NCBI GenBank assembly: GCA_039584325.1
Contig: JBDGYA010000006.1
Location: 11,845 to 75,844, forward strand
Source of the DNA: Gemmatimonadota bacterium
GTDB taxonomy: Bacteria; Gemmatimonadota; Gemmatimonadetes; Gemmatimonadales; GWC2-71-9
Direction of reading: 5' to 3'
DNA length: 64,000 nucleotides
Shown here: positions 37,778 through 47,111 of the stretch, in pieces
Layout: every line of letters begins with the position of its first letter
Position numbering within the stretch: the first letter of the stretch is position 1
Translations under genes and position numbers: made by a program
The notes under the pieces: generated by a model
What the model saw: the letters and a program-made list of their open reading frames with translations, nothing else
Told to the model about the DNA's origin: nothing
The model's database searches: none

Positions 37778-39213
37778 ACCGTCACACCCGCCGCGTCAAC
37801 GGTTTCGAAGGACGCAATTGCGTGGAGCATCGCGGTCACGGGACCCTCGAGGAACTCCTGGACCTGTTCGGGCGACCGGCCCACGTACCGAGCGGGGTCC
37901 AGCTCGGCGTGGAGTGCCGCACGATCGACGGCGGCGAACGCTGGATCGGCGCTCAGTCGGTCGATGAGGTCGTTGTTCGCACCTCTCGCCACGGCGTCGC
38001 TCACGGCCCACGCGTGACTGCGAATCACCGCGTGGAGCGCCTGCCGGTCGCCGCCCGCCTTCACGCCGAGCATCAGCCAGCGTTCGGTCGCCATGAACGG
38101 CATCACGCGCTCGACATTGCGCCGGACGACTGGCTCGACCACCTCGATGCCAGCCGCAACGTTCGTGGCGAGAACGAGGATCGCGTCGGCGGCGAGGAAG
38201 GTCTCGGGTATGCTGAGGCGTCGGATCGCCGAGTCGTCGAGCGTGCGCTCGAGCCACTGCGTGGCGGCGGTGTGTTGGGGGCTGGCCTGCTGCGACAGCA
38301 CGTGCCGCGCGAGAGAGCAAATCCGTTCGGCGCGCATCGGGTTGCGCTTGTACGGCATTGCGCTCGATCCGACCTGTTCCTTCTCCGCCGGCTCGAGCAG
38401 TTCCCCCTCGTGCTGGAGCAGGCGCAGGTCCGTCGCGAACTTCGATGCGGATTGCGCGATGCCGCCGAGCGCGTCCAGCACCCAGCTGTCGATCTTCCTC
38501 GTGTACGTTTGGCCGCTCACCGCGACGGACCGGCGAAAGCCGAAGGCGTCGGCGACGCGCTGGTCGAGGGCCCGGACCTTCCCGTGGTCACCCCCGAACA
38601 GGTCCAGGTAGCTGGCCTGCGTCCCCGTGGTGCCCTTGCAGCCCCGGAACGGAAGGTCTTCGGTCAGCCGGTGCATGCGCTCAGCGTCGAGCAAGAAATC
38701 CTGAAGCCACAGGGTGGCCCGCTTCCCGACGGTCGTCAGCTGGGCCGGCTGGAAATGTGTGTAGGCCACCGTGGGAAGCGAGCGGTGCCGCTGCGCGAAC
38801 CGCTCGAGCGCCCGCATGACTAGAGCCAGCCGGCCTAGCAGCATCCCCAGCGCCTCGCGCATGAGCAGGAGGTCGGCGTTGTCCGTCACGAAGGCGCTTG
38901 TGGCGCCGAGGTGCAGAAACGGGCGGGCGGCGGGCGCCTGATCGCCATAGTGATGGATGTGCGCCATCACGTCGTGCCGAAACCGGGTCTCGTAACGCCG
39001 GACTTCGTCCAGGTCGGCATCGTCGAGGTGGGCCTGCATCTCCTGGATCGCCGCATCGGGAATCTCGAGTCCCAGGGCGCGTTCGGCCTCGGCGAGGGCG
39101 AGCCAGATGCGTCGCCACGTGGCTGCACGGCTCCGTGTGCTCCACAGCCGCTGCATTGCGGCCGACGCGTAGCGCGCTCCCAGGGGTGACTGATAGCTGG
39201 CCGATTCGGTCAT
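37774..39213 (-). CDS. purB: Adenylosuccinate lyase
   Basis: ORF 37774..39618 trimmed to ATG 39213 ([17 protein letters not shown]; ATGA overlap with the htrA stop). Fumarate-lyase signature [11 protein letters not shown]. Confidence 0.92.
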   Translation of the reverse strand: MTESASYQSPLGARYASAAMQRLWSTRSRAATWRRIWLALAEAERALGLEIPDAAIQEMQAHLDDADLDEVRRYETRFRHDVMAHIHHYGDQAPAARPFLHLGATSAFVTDNADLLLMREALGMLLGRLALVMRALERFAQRHRSLPTVAYTHFQPAQLTTVGKRATLWLQDFLLDAERMHRLTEDLPFRGCKGTTGTQASYLDLFGGDHGKVRALDQRVADAFGFRRSVAVSGQTYTRKIDSWVLDALGGIAQSASKFATDLRLLQHEGELLEPAEKEQVGSSAMPYKRNPMRAERICSLARHVLSQQASPQHTAATQWLERTLDDSAIRRLSIPETFLAADAILVLATNVAAGIEVVEPVVRRNVERVMPFMATERWLMLGVKAGGDRQALHAVIRSHAWAVSDAVARGANNDLIDRLSADPAFAAVDRAALHAELDPARYVGRSPEQVQEFLEGPVTAMLHAIASFETVDAAGVTV

Positions 39214-40658
39214 CGCACGTAGAACTCGGTCCAACCGATGCCACCGCCCCGTTCGACGTAGACGCGGATGGCGCCGAGACCTTGTACCTGGCGGAAGATC
39301 TCCTGCACCTGCTCGGCCCCGGTGACGGCTGTTCGGTTGATTTGAATGATGATGTCGCCTTCTCTGAGCCCCGTGCTGCGCTGCGTGCTGCCGCCGATGT
39401 CGAAGATCAGCGCCCCAGCTTCGGACTGGATCCCGCGCTCCTGACGGATTGCGGGACTGACCGTGATCAATTCCATGTCTCCCAGCACCGAGATGCGCTC
39501 GGCGAGGGTCGTCGGGAGGGCGTTCACGATGGCGAGGACCCGCCGCTGCCGGTCGCCGCGCTGGACCTGCAGGTCCAGCGTGTCCCCCGGGCTGACGTCC
39601 AGCTTGACCGCTTCCCAATCGAGGAACGTGCGAATGGACCGCCCGAAAGCGGACAGGATCACGTCCCCCGGCTCAAGCCCGGCCTCGTCAGCTGGTCCGT
39701 TTGGCGCCACCTCGGTCACCGTCAAGCCACCGGTGCGTTTCCACTCCCGCATGCGATCCGAGCCTGCCACACTCAGCCCGATCCAGGACCTCCGCACGGA
39801 CCCGTAACGCTCCAGTTCGGCGGCAACTCTCAGCGCGCGCTCGATCGGGATCGCGAACCCGATGCCCACCGACTCCCCGCTCCGCGAGAAGATGGAGCTG
39901 TTCACGCCGACGACATCACCAAGCGCGTTGATCAGCGGCCCTCCGGAGTTTCCGGGGTTGATCGCGGCGTCAGTCTGAATCATCCCGACGTAGACGGTCT
40001 GGTCCTCTCCCGATGGTATCAGATTGCGACCGACAGCGCTCACGACGCCCGCCGTGACCGACGGCTCGGTGTTTCCGAGGAGGTAGCCGAAGGGGTTACC
40101 GATGGCGACCACCCATTCGCCGATCAGGAGGCCGGTGCTGCGGCCCACGGGAACGGTGGGAAGGTCGCCGTCCGCCTCGATCTGCAGGACGGCGATGTCC
40201 GTGTAGGGGTCCTCGCCGAGGAGCCTGGCTGGATAGTCCACGCCGTCCCGCGTCGTGACGACGATCTCCGTTGCACCGGCGGTGACGTGCTGGTTGGTGA
40301 TCACGAGACCTTGGGACGAGACGATGAATCCCGATCCCAGGCCCTGCACCTCGCGTTCGTATCCGCGCGGCATGAAGAACCAGTCGAACATGCTCCGGCC
40401 CGCCCGCACCTGGCGCCTGGTCACGTTGACACTCACGACCGCCGGAGCCACCCGGTCGGCCGCCGTCACGATCGCCGTGCTGCGGGATGCGTCGAGGTCG
40501 TTGGACGCCTGGACCCGGGCCGGAGGCGAGGTGGGCTCCTGGAGCAGCGCCTCGATCGCCGAGGAGTCCTCTCGCGGCTGGGCCGCAGCGTGCGCCTCCG
40601 GAGTGGACTCGCCGCAGGCCACGAGCGCCAGGAGGCTCAGCATGACGAGTGGCTTCAC
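39210..40658 (-). CDS. htrA: HtrA/DegP-family serine protease with two PDZ domains (lipoprotein)
   Basis: Signal peptide plus lipobox (LLALVACG), a trypsin-fold catalytic serine GNSGGPLIN, and two PDZ-like C-terminal regions. Confidence 0.9.
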   Translation of the reverse strand: MKPLVMLSLLALVACGESTPEAHAAAQPREDSSAIEALLQEPTSPPARVQASNDLDASRSTAIVTAADRVAPAVVSVNVTRRQVRAGRSMFDWFFMPRGYEREVQGLGSGFIVSSQGLVITNQHVTAGATEIVVTTRDGVDYPARLLGEDPYTDIAVLQIEADGDLPTVPVGRSTGLLIGEWVVAIGNPFGYLLGNTEPSVTAGVVSAVGRNLIPSGEDQTVYVGMIQTDAAINPGNSGGPLINALGDVVGVNSSIFSRSGESVGIGFAIPIERALRVAAELERYGSVRRSWIGLSVAGSDRMREWKRTGGLTVTEVAPNGPADEAGLEPGDVILSAFGRSIRTFLDWEAVKLDVSPGDTLDLQVQRGDRQRRVLAIVNALPTTLAERISVLGDMELITVSPAIRQERGIQSEAGALIFDIGGSTQRSTGLREGDIIIQINRTAVTGAEQVQEIFRQVQGLGAIRVYVERGGGIGWTEFYVR

Positions 40659-41323
40659 GCGCTACCCTTCGAGCGGGCCACCAGTTTGCTCCAGTCATTC
40701 AAGAACTGGTCAAGGCCCCGGTCGGTCAGCGGGTGCAAGAGCATCTTGCGCAGCACCGCGGTCGGTACCGTCGCAACGTCCGCTCCTAGCAGCGCCGCCT
40801 CGGCCACGTGCCGGGGGTGCCGGATAGACGCCGCGAGAATCTCGGTCTCATATTCGTAGTTGTCGAAGATCAGCCGGGTCTCGCGAACGATGTCCATGGC
40901 GTCATGGCCGATATCGTCGATCCGGCCGAGGAACGGCGAGACGTAGGTTGCCCCGGCCTTGGCCGCGAGCAGACACTGTACCGAACTGAACGCCAACGTC
41001 AGGTTGACCTTGATGCCATCGGCCACGAGCCGGCGGGTCGCCACCAGTCCGTCTTCGATCATCGGGATCTTGACCACGATGTTCTCGGCGATCTTCGCGA
41101 GCTGGCGGCCTTCCTCGTACATGCCCGGCGCGTCGACCGCCACGACTTCGGCACTGACAGGGCCTTCGACAGTCGCGCAGATCTCCTTGAGCACGTCCGT
41201 CGGCTCTGTACCGCCGGCGTGCTTGGCCATCAGCGTCGGGTTGGTGGTAACGCCGTCGATCAGTCCCGCCTGGGCAGCCCACTGGATGTCGGCGAGCGCG
41301 GCGGTGTCGAGGAAGAATTTCAT
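40655..41323 (-). CDS. tal: Transaldolase (type 3B) / fructose-6-phosphate aldolase
   Basis: 222 aa: MKFFLDTAALADI, GVTTNPTL, and VVKIPM (Schiff-base Lys region). Confidence 0.9.
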   Translation of the reverse strand: MKFFLDTAALADIQWAAQAGLIDGVTTNPTLMAKHAGGTEPTDVLKEICATVEGPVSAEVVAVDAPGMYEEGRQLAKIAENIVVKIPMIEDGLVATRRLVADGIKVNLTLAFSSVQCLLAAKAGATYVSPFLGRIDDIGHDAMDIVRETRLIFDNYEYETEILAASIRHPRHVAEAALLGADVATVPTAVLRKMLLHPLTDRGLDQFLNDWSKLVARSKGSA

Positions 41324-42096
41324 CGCGATGGTACCTCGTCGAGTTCGGGGTAGCGCACGTGTGTCAAGTACAAACCCTGCGGCGGCGCCGGAGGGCTCGC
41401 CTCGCGGTTGTCGGTGCTCCGCAGCAAGCGGGAGACGTCGTCCAGTGGCCGTCGTCCCCGCGCCACATCCACCATGGTGCCGACGAGAAACCGCACCATC
41501 CGGTGGAGGAATCGATCCGCCTCAATCGTAAAGATAAATCCCTCGCCCTCGGGGCGGGGCACCCACTCCGCCCTGGTCACCTTGCATCGGTAATGGCGCT
41601 TCTCCTGGCCCACCGCCGAGAAGGCGCGGAAGTCGTGTGCACCGGTCACGAGACGAGCGGCAGCTGCGAGGGCGGGCAGCTGGAGCTCGCCACCCAGGTC
41701 CCATTCGTACGGCCGCCGGAATGGAGACGCGGCGGCCGGATCACAGCCGACCACGTAGCGGTACTGCCGGGAGAGGGCGCTGCGTCGGGCGTGGAAGCCC
41801 TCGGGCGCGCACCCGGCCCGGACGATCCATATGTCGTCGGGGGTGAGTGCCCGAAGCGCCCGGATCAGGTCCACCGCCTCCCACGCGCGCGGCAGCTGGA
41901 AACTCACGACCTGGCCCAACGCGTGCACGCCAGCGTCGGTCCGCCCTGCAGCAGTGCAGCCGATGCGACTGCCTGCGATGCGCTCGAGCGCCACCTCGAA
42001 CTCCGACTGGACCGTGCGCGCGTCAGGCTGGCGCTGCCAGCCGGCGAAACAGCCCCCGTCGTACTGCAGGATGGCGAAGAAGTACGGACCCGGCAT
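41320..42096 (-). CDS. truA: tRNA pseudouridine(38-40) synthase
   Basis: ORF 41320..42327 trimmed to ATG 42096 (MPGPYFFAILQYDGGCFAGWQRQP). Catalytic Asp region AAGRTDAGVHALGQV. Confidence 0.9.
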   Translation of the reverse strand: MPGPYFFAILQYDGGCFAGWQRQPDARTVQSEFEVALERIAGSRIGCTAAGRTDAGVHALGQVVSFQLPRAWEAVDLIRALRALTPDDIWIVRAGCAPEGFHARRSALSRQYRYVVGCDPAAASPFRRPYEWDLGGELQLPALAAAARLVTGAHDFRAFSAVGQEKRHYRCKVTRAEWVPRPEGEGFIFTIEADRFLHRMVRFLVGTMVDVARGRRPLDDVSRLLRSTDNREASPPAPPQGLYLTHVRYPELDEVPSR

Positions 42097-42221
42097 GCGC
42101 GGCAAGATAGAGAGCGGGAGGGGGTGACAGAAGGGGAACGGTAGGACGAGGACCGGTGGGCCGGGACGGCCCGTCGAGGTATGCCGATCGCGGCACTGCC
42201 GGGCGCCGCCCCCGAAGGGAA

Positions 42222-42830
42222 TCAGTACTTGCGCATCACCCCAACGACGACGCCCTGAATGAGAACGTTGTCCTCGTGCACCCGGATCGGTCGCATACTC
42301 TCGTTGGCGGGCTGCAGACGGATCCAACCGCCAGGCTCACGGTAGTAGCGCTTGACGGTGGCCGACGTTCCGTCGACGAGCGCGACCACCATCTCGCCGC
42401 TGTCCGCGTCCTCCCGGCCCTGCACCACGACGAAATCGCCGTGTTGGATGTGCTCATCGATCATCGAGTCGCCCCGCACCCGCAGGACATAACATGAGCC
42501 CCGCCGCGGGATCAGATCGGTGGGAATCGCGATCGACTCGGGATGCGCGACGGCCTCGATCGGTTCGCCTGCCGCAACCTGTCCCAGCAGTGGTAGTTCG
42601 ACGGCAGAGGCCTGACCCGGCAGGGGCATCACTTCGATTGCCCTACTCTCGTTGTGTGCCCGATGGATGTAGCCCTTGCGCTCGAGATTCGACAGATGCT
42701 CGTGCACGGTGGCGAGAGAACGGAAGTCGAAATGCCCGGCGATCTCCTCGAACGACGGCGCATATCCGCGCTCGAGAATATAAGCCTGCAGGAAATCGAG
42801 GATCTGCTTCTGGCGGCGCGTGAGCGGCAT
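42222..42830 (-). CDS. lexA: LexA repressor
   Basis: ORF trimmed to ATG 42830 (MPLTRRQKQILDFLQ... winged HTH). AG cleavage-site region VAAGEP and an S24 peptidase Ser/Lys dyad (GDSMID ... VKRY). Confidence 0.92.
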   Translation of the reverse strand: MPLTRRQKQILDFLQAYILERGYAPSFEEIAGHFDFRSLATVHEHLSNLERKGYIHRAHNESRAIEVMPLPGQASAVELPLLGQVAAGEPIEAVAHPESIAIPTDLIPRRGSCYVLRVRGDSMIDEHIQHGDFVVVQGREDADSGEMVVALVDGTSATVKRYYREPGGWIRLQPANESMRPIRVHEDNVLIQGVVVGVMRKY

Positions 42831-42864
42831 TGATGCCCCCGGGCACGAGTTCCCGAATAAACTC

Positions 42865-42878
42865 CGAATCAATGTACC
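42865..42878 (-). promoter_or_regulatory. Candidate LexA operator upstream of lexA
   Basis: The minus-strand sequence GGTACATTGATTCG lies 35-48 nt upstream of the lexA ATG. It matches 13 of 14 positions of the cyanobacterial-type LexA box RGTACNNNDGTWCB. It is embedded in three TTCGG(G/A) direct repeats. Confidence 0.3.
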
Positions 42879-43116
42879 CGAAAAACCCCCGAAGCGCAAT
42901 GTGGTGCTGCATCGGGGCAACCAGCCCACCGGAGCCGCGTTGACGAATGTCCCGGCGGCCCGGCCCGGTCGTCGAGGGAACACCGACGGCCCTACACCAC
43001 TTGCGTAAGGCCGCGTCGGTGCCCTAATTCCCGTTGGCAGAATCGGTTGCGAGCCGCCGGACTGAGGGCCCGCAGTCGCGACGGCGTCCCGACCCGACTT
43101 CGCTCAGGACAGGAGC

Positions 43117-44805
43117 GTGACGACTCCGACCCAACCGCCACCGAGCAAGCCGCACCCAGAGGGACTGGAAGAGGTCGCGAGCCTGATGCAGTTGCTCATC
43201 AAGGGGCTCCGCGCCACGCAGTTGTATCTGCCCAACAATCCCGTGTACCAGCGAGCGATGGAGAACCTCCGGGCCGCGTTCCAGCCGGTCTGGGAGTACA
43301 CTAGCGAGCTGGACTTGGCCGTACACGAGACGGAGCTGTCCTGGGACGGAGCCCCAGTGCTCAGCCAGGACAACAAGTCGGATTCCGTGCCGTGGATCCT
43401 CTTCAAGGATGGTGTGCGAACCGTCACCCTCCATCAGGGTGCGGAGGATGAGGAGATCCTTCAGTTGCTCGCCGTGCTGCACCAGGCCCGTACGCTGGAT
43501 GCGGAGGCCGCGGACGACCTGCTGACGCTCCTGTGGGATCAGGACTTCCAGCACATCAAGTACGACTACGTCGAGCTGGGCATGGAAGACGTGCCGCAGC
43601 TACAGAAGAGTGAGGAAGAGGCGGCGCCACCGGAGCAAGTCCAGCAGCAGGTGCAGGAGCAAGTGGAGGAGGAGCCGACCCCGACAATCGTTTCGCTGGA
43701 CGAGACGGAGTCCACGCTGTACTTCCTCGACGAGACGGAGATCCAGTACCTCAAGGAGGAGATCGAGCGGGAGTATCATCAGGACCTGCGGGGCAACGTC
43801 CTGGCCATGCTGTTCGACTTGCTCGAGCTGCAGACGTACAGCACGGTGCGGGCCGAGCTGCTCTCGATCATCGAGCACTTCATTCCATACCTTCTCGCCG
43901 TCGGCGACTTTCGGTCGGTGGCGTTCATCCTGCGCGAGCTTCGTGTCGTTCTCGAGCGCGCGCGCGAGCTGCTGCCGGAGCATCGGGAGTCCCTCACCGA
44001 ACTTCCGGGAACGCTCTCCGAGTCGGAGACCCTTGGGCAACTCCTGCAGTCGCTCGATGAGGCTGCCGTCCATCCGACGGAAGAGGAGCTGGGCGAGCTG
44101 TTTCGGGAACTTCGGCCACAGGCCCTCGGGACCGTGCTCTCGTGGCTGCCGAGGCTCACCAACGAGCGGGTCAGGTCCCTGCTCTACGGGGCCGCGACGC
44201 GGCTTGCACAGGCACATCCGGAGGAAGTTGCGAAGGCCCTCGGCACCAACGATGAAGAGGTCCTCTTGGAGACCGCCCGCCTGGCTGGCCAGCTGAAGCT
44301 GCCACCCCTGGTGCCGGCACTCGGCGAGGTGCTGGGGCGGGCGGGGTCGAGGGTGCGTCGGGCTGCCGCTGACGCCCTCACCGCGATGGGTACACCGGGT
44401 GCGTTGCAGCAGCTCGAGCAGGCGGTCACCGATGACGATCGTGACGTGCGGATCGCTGCGGTCCGCGCGATGGGTCCGGCCGGCTACCGCGGTGCGATCG
44501 AGGCGATCGAGGCGGTGGTCACGGGCCGCAGAATGCGGGACGCCGACTTGACCGAGAAGACTGCGTTCTTCGAGGCCTACGGTCTGCTCGCGGGCGATGC
44601 CGGCTTGAAGCGGCTTCGGAGCCTGCTGGAGCCGAAGGGACTGCTGCGGCGTAAGGTCGATCCCGAGATCCGCGCGTGCGCCGCATTGGCACTCGGGAGG
44701 ATCGACACGGAGGAGTCCAGAGCCGTTCTCGAAAAGGTGTTGCACGACAAGGAGCCGCTGGTGAGGAATGCCGTGAACCGCGCGTTGCAGGGAGGTGGGT
44801 TGTGA
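43117..44805 (+). CDS. HEAT-repeat protein with an uncharacterised N-terminal module
   Basis: 562 aa, GTG start behind an AGGAG SD. The C-terminal third has HEAT/PBS-lyase-like repeats (..DDDRDVRIAAVRAMG.., ..DKEPLVRNAVNRAL..). The N-terminal ~110 aa are paralogous to the N-terminus of the next gene. Confidence 0.7.
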   Translation: MTTPTQPPPSKPHPEGLEEVASLMQLLIKGLRATQLYLPNNPVYQRAMENLRAAFQPVWEYTSELDLAVHETELSWDGAPVLSQDNKSDSVPWILFKDGVRTVTLHQGAEDEEILQLLAVLHQARTLDAEAADDLLTLLWDQDFQHIKYDYVELGMEDVPQLQKSEEEAAPPEQVQQQVQEQVEEEPTPTIVSLDETESTLYFLDETEIQYLKEEIEREYHQDLRGNVLAMLFDLLELQTYSTVRAELLSIIEHFIPYLLAVGDFRSVAFILRELRVVLERARELLPEHRESLTELPGTLSESETLGQLLQSLDEAAVHPTEEELGELFRELRPQALGTVLSWLPRLTNERVRSLLYGAATRLAQAHPEEVAKALGTNDEEVLLETARLAGQLKLPPLVPALGEVLGRAGSRVRRAAADALTAMGTPGALQQLEQAVTDDDRDVRIAAVRAMGPAGYRGAIEAIEAVVTGRRMRDADLTEKTAFFEAYGLLAGDAGLKRLRSLLEPKGLLRRKVDPEIRACAALALGRIDTEESRAVLEKVLHDKEPLVRNAVNRALQGGGL

Positions 44806-46283
44806 GCGAGCCGACTGAACAGGGCGCCCACCGCCACTCCATCGCCGATACGTTCCAGAGCACGGAGCGGTTGCTGCGGCAAGGTGGACGGGAGTTCCTC
44901 GTTGACTTCTACACGGCGCTGCGCAGCCTCAAGCTGTATCCCGTCGAGAACGAGCAGGTGCAGCGGGCCCTAGACGAGGTGACGGGCTCGGCGGATACGC
45001 TGCTCGGTGTCGAAGAAGAGCTGGAGGTGAGGGTTTCTGGTGAGTTCATCTTCGTGAACGCGACGCGGCTGCGGCTCGACCTCGACAACTTCGCATCCTT
45101 CAGCCATGTGCTGACCACCCTGCGCCAGTCCGGGGTGGGGATCATCCGTGTCGAGCCGGGAGTCGGACGCCGGGAATGGCAGGTGTTCATCTCCCTGTTG
45201 CTTTCGTTCGCAGCGCGCGAGCCGGCCCCGAACAAGCTGTTCGAGCTGCAGGAGCGCCTCACGCAGGGGGGGGTCGGGAGCATCACGGTGCAGCCGCCGG
45301 CTGAAACGGACGAGGAACTGGAGGACGAGGAAAAGGCCAAGGAGGTTGCGAAGCGAACGTACGAGCGGACGGTGGCCGTCACGAAGGAAGTCGTGAGCAG
45401 TGTCAGGATGGGGCGCAGTGCCAGCGTGAAGAAGGTCAAGCGCGCCGTACAGGGCATCGTAGATCAGGTGTTGAAGAACGAGGTGTCCCTGGTCGGCCTC
45501 ACCACGATCCGCGACTACGACGAGTACACCTTCGTGCACTCCGTCAACGTGACGATCTTCTCGGTCTCCATCGGCAAGCGATTAGGCCTCACCAAGCTCC
45601 AACTCTATGACCTCGGCCTTGCGGCGCTGTTCCACGACGTCGGCAAGAGCCGCGTGCCGCTCGACGTGCTCAACAAGGCGGGACCGTTGGACGATGACGA
45701 GTGGCGGATCATGCAGGCGCATCCGTGGCTCGGTGTGCTCACCCTGTTCGGACTGCGCGGCTACGGCGAGATCCCGTACCGCTCAATGATCACCGCCTAC
45801 GAGCACCACATGAAGGTGGACCTGACCGGATACCCGAAAACGCTCCGTCCACGCCAGCTCTCGGTGTTCTCGAAGATCATTGCCGTCGCGGATTCCTTCG
45901 ATGCGGCCACGAGCCGTCGGGCGTACCAGACCGTGCCGCTCCAGCCCTCGGACGTGCTGAAGGAGATGTGGGAAAACCCGCGACGGGGTCAGGACACAGT
46001 GCTCGTCAAGGCGTTCATCAACCTGACAGGGGTATATCCCGTGGGCACCTGTGTCATCCTGGACACCTACGAGGTCGGTATCGTGCACGCGGCGAGTTCG
46101 GACACCAGCCAACTCCACCGCCCTCAGGTGCGCGTCGTGACGGACCCCGAAGGAGTGAGTCTCGGCGAGGGGTTCGTTGCGGACCTCACCGAGACCGATG
46201 GCGGAGGCAATTTCGTCCGGTCGATCATCAAGGTTGCCAATCCAGAGCGGCTCGGGCTACGTCCGGCCGACTACTTCGTCTGA
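44802..46283 (+). CDS. HD-GYP-type phosphohydrolase (putative cyclic-dinucleotide phosphodiesterase) with an uncharacterised N-terminal module
   Basis: ORF 44676..46283 trimmed to GTG 44802 (GTGA overlap). HD motif ALFHDVGKSRVP and a degenerate HHExxDGxGYP motif, YEHHMKVDLTGYP. Confidence 0.8.
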   Translation: MSEPTEQGAHRHSIADTFQSTERLLRQGGREFLVDFYTALRSLKLYPVENEQVQRALDEVTGSADTLLGVEEELEVRVSGEFIFVNATRLRLDLDNFASFSHVLTTLRQSGVGIIRVEPGVGRREWQVFISLLLSFAAREPAPNKLFELQERLTQGGVGSITVQPPAETDEELEDEEKAKEVAKRTYERTVAVTKEVVSSVRMGRSASVKKVKRAVQGIVDQVLKNEVSLVGLTTIRDYDEYTFVHSVNVTIFSVSIGKRLGLTKLQLYDLGLAALFHDVGKSRVPLDVLNKAGPLDDDEWRIMQAHPWLGVLTLFGLRGYGEIPYRSMITAYEHHMKVDLTGYPKTLRPRQLSVFSKIIAVADSFDAATSRRAYQTVPLQPSDVLKEMWENPRRGQDTVLVKAFINLTGVYPVGTCVILDTYEVGIVHAASSDTSQLHRPQVRVVTDPEGVSLGEGFVADLTETDGGGNFVRSIIKVANPERLGLRPADYFV

Positions 46284-46285
46284 CC

Positions 46286-46669
46286 ATGCCGACGACTCCG
46301 TCGCACGACTGTATCACGCTCAAGGGCATGCGCTTTCATACGCGTGTCGGCCTGTTGCCGCACGAGGAGTCCGTTCCGCAGCCATTGGAGCTCGACGTGT
46401 CCGTCTGGCTGTCCCTGCGCGACGTGGGCGCCTCGGACTCGCCGAGTGACTTGCTCGACTATCGTGACCTGTACGCCATCGTCGCGGGAACGGTGGGGAA
46501 GAGCCATCACCGTCTCCTCGAGGCGCTCTGCGAGCGGATCGCAGACGCGGTTCTCGGACATGACACCGTCGATCGGGTTCGCGTCGCGGCGCGCAAGCCG
46601 CATGTGCCGATTGAGGGGCCGCTGGATTACGTCGAGGTCGTGATCGCACGGGACCGTGCCGGCGCGTGA
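46286..46669 (+). CDS. folB: Dihydroneopterin aldolase
   Basis: 127 aa in the frame of ORF 45701..46669 from ATG 46286: ITLKGMRFHTRVGLLPHEESVPQPLELDV.. DYRDLY .. is FolB-like. Followed by folK. Confidence 0.85.
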   Translation: MPTTPSHDCITLKGMRFHTRVGLLPHEESVPQPLELDVSVWLSLRDVGASDSPSDLLDYRDLYAIVAGTVGKSHHRLLEALCERIADAVLGHDTVDRVRVAARKPHVPIEGPLDYVEVVIARDRAGA

Positions 46670-47111
46670 ACTGGCGTTCGTCGCGCTTGGCTCGAACCTC
46701 GGAGATCGTGACGCCGCCCTCAGACTCGCTCGGGACCGTCTCGGCGCGCTGCCCCAGACGACCCTGGTCGCAGCGAGTCGCGTGGAGGAAACGGCACCGC
46801 TCGGACCCATCCGTCAGGGACGGTTCCTGAACCAGATGGTCATGCTCTCGACGGCACTCACGCCGCGCGAGCTGCTGGATCACTGCCTCGCGATCGAGGA
46901 GGAGGCCGGCAGGACGCGCGAGGCACGCTGGGGGCCGAGGACGCTCGACCTGGACATCGTGAGATTCGGCGACCGGGAGGTCGATGAAGCGGGGCTTACG
47001 GTGCCCCATCCGGAGCTCATCAACCGAGCATTCTGGCAACGCGAGCTTGCTGAGCTGGAGCAGGCCCGGTCGGGAGGTGAAGCCCCGACCGACGAGATCG
47101 CGACCGCGTGA
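46656..47111 (+). CDS. folK: 2-amino-4-hydroxy-6-hydroxymethyldihydropterin pyrophosphokinase
   Basis: AFVALGSNLGDR N-terminus, RWGPRTLDLDI and TVPHPEL motifs. GTG start overlapping the folB end. Confidence 0.88.
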   Translation: MPARELAFVALGSNLGDRDAALRLARDRLGALPQTTLVAASRVEETAPLGPIRQGRFLNQMVMLSTALTPRELLDHCLAIEEEAGRTREARWGPRTLDLDIVRFGDREVDEAGLTVPHPELINRAFWQRELAELEQARSGGEAPTDEIATA

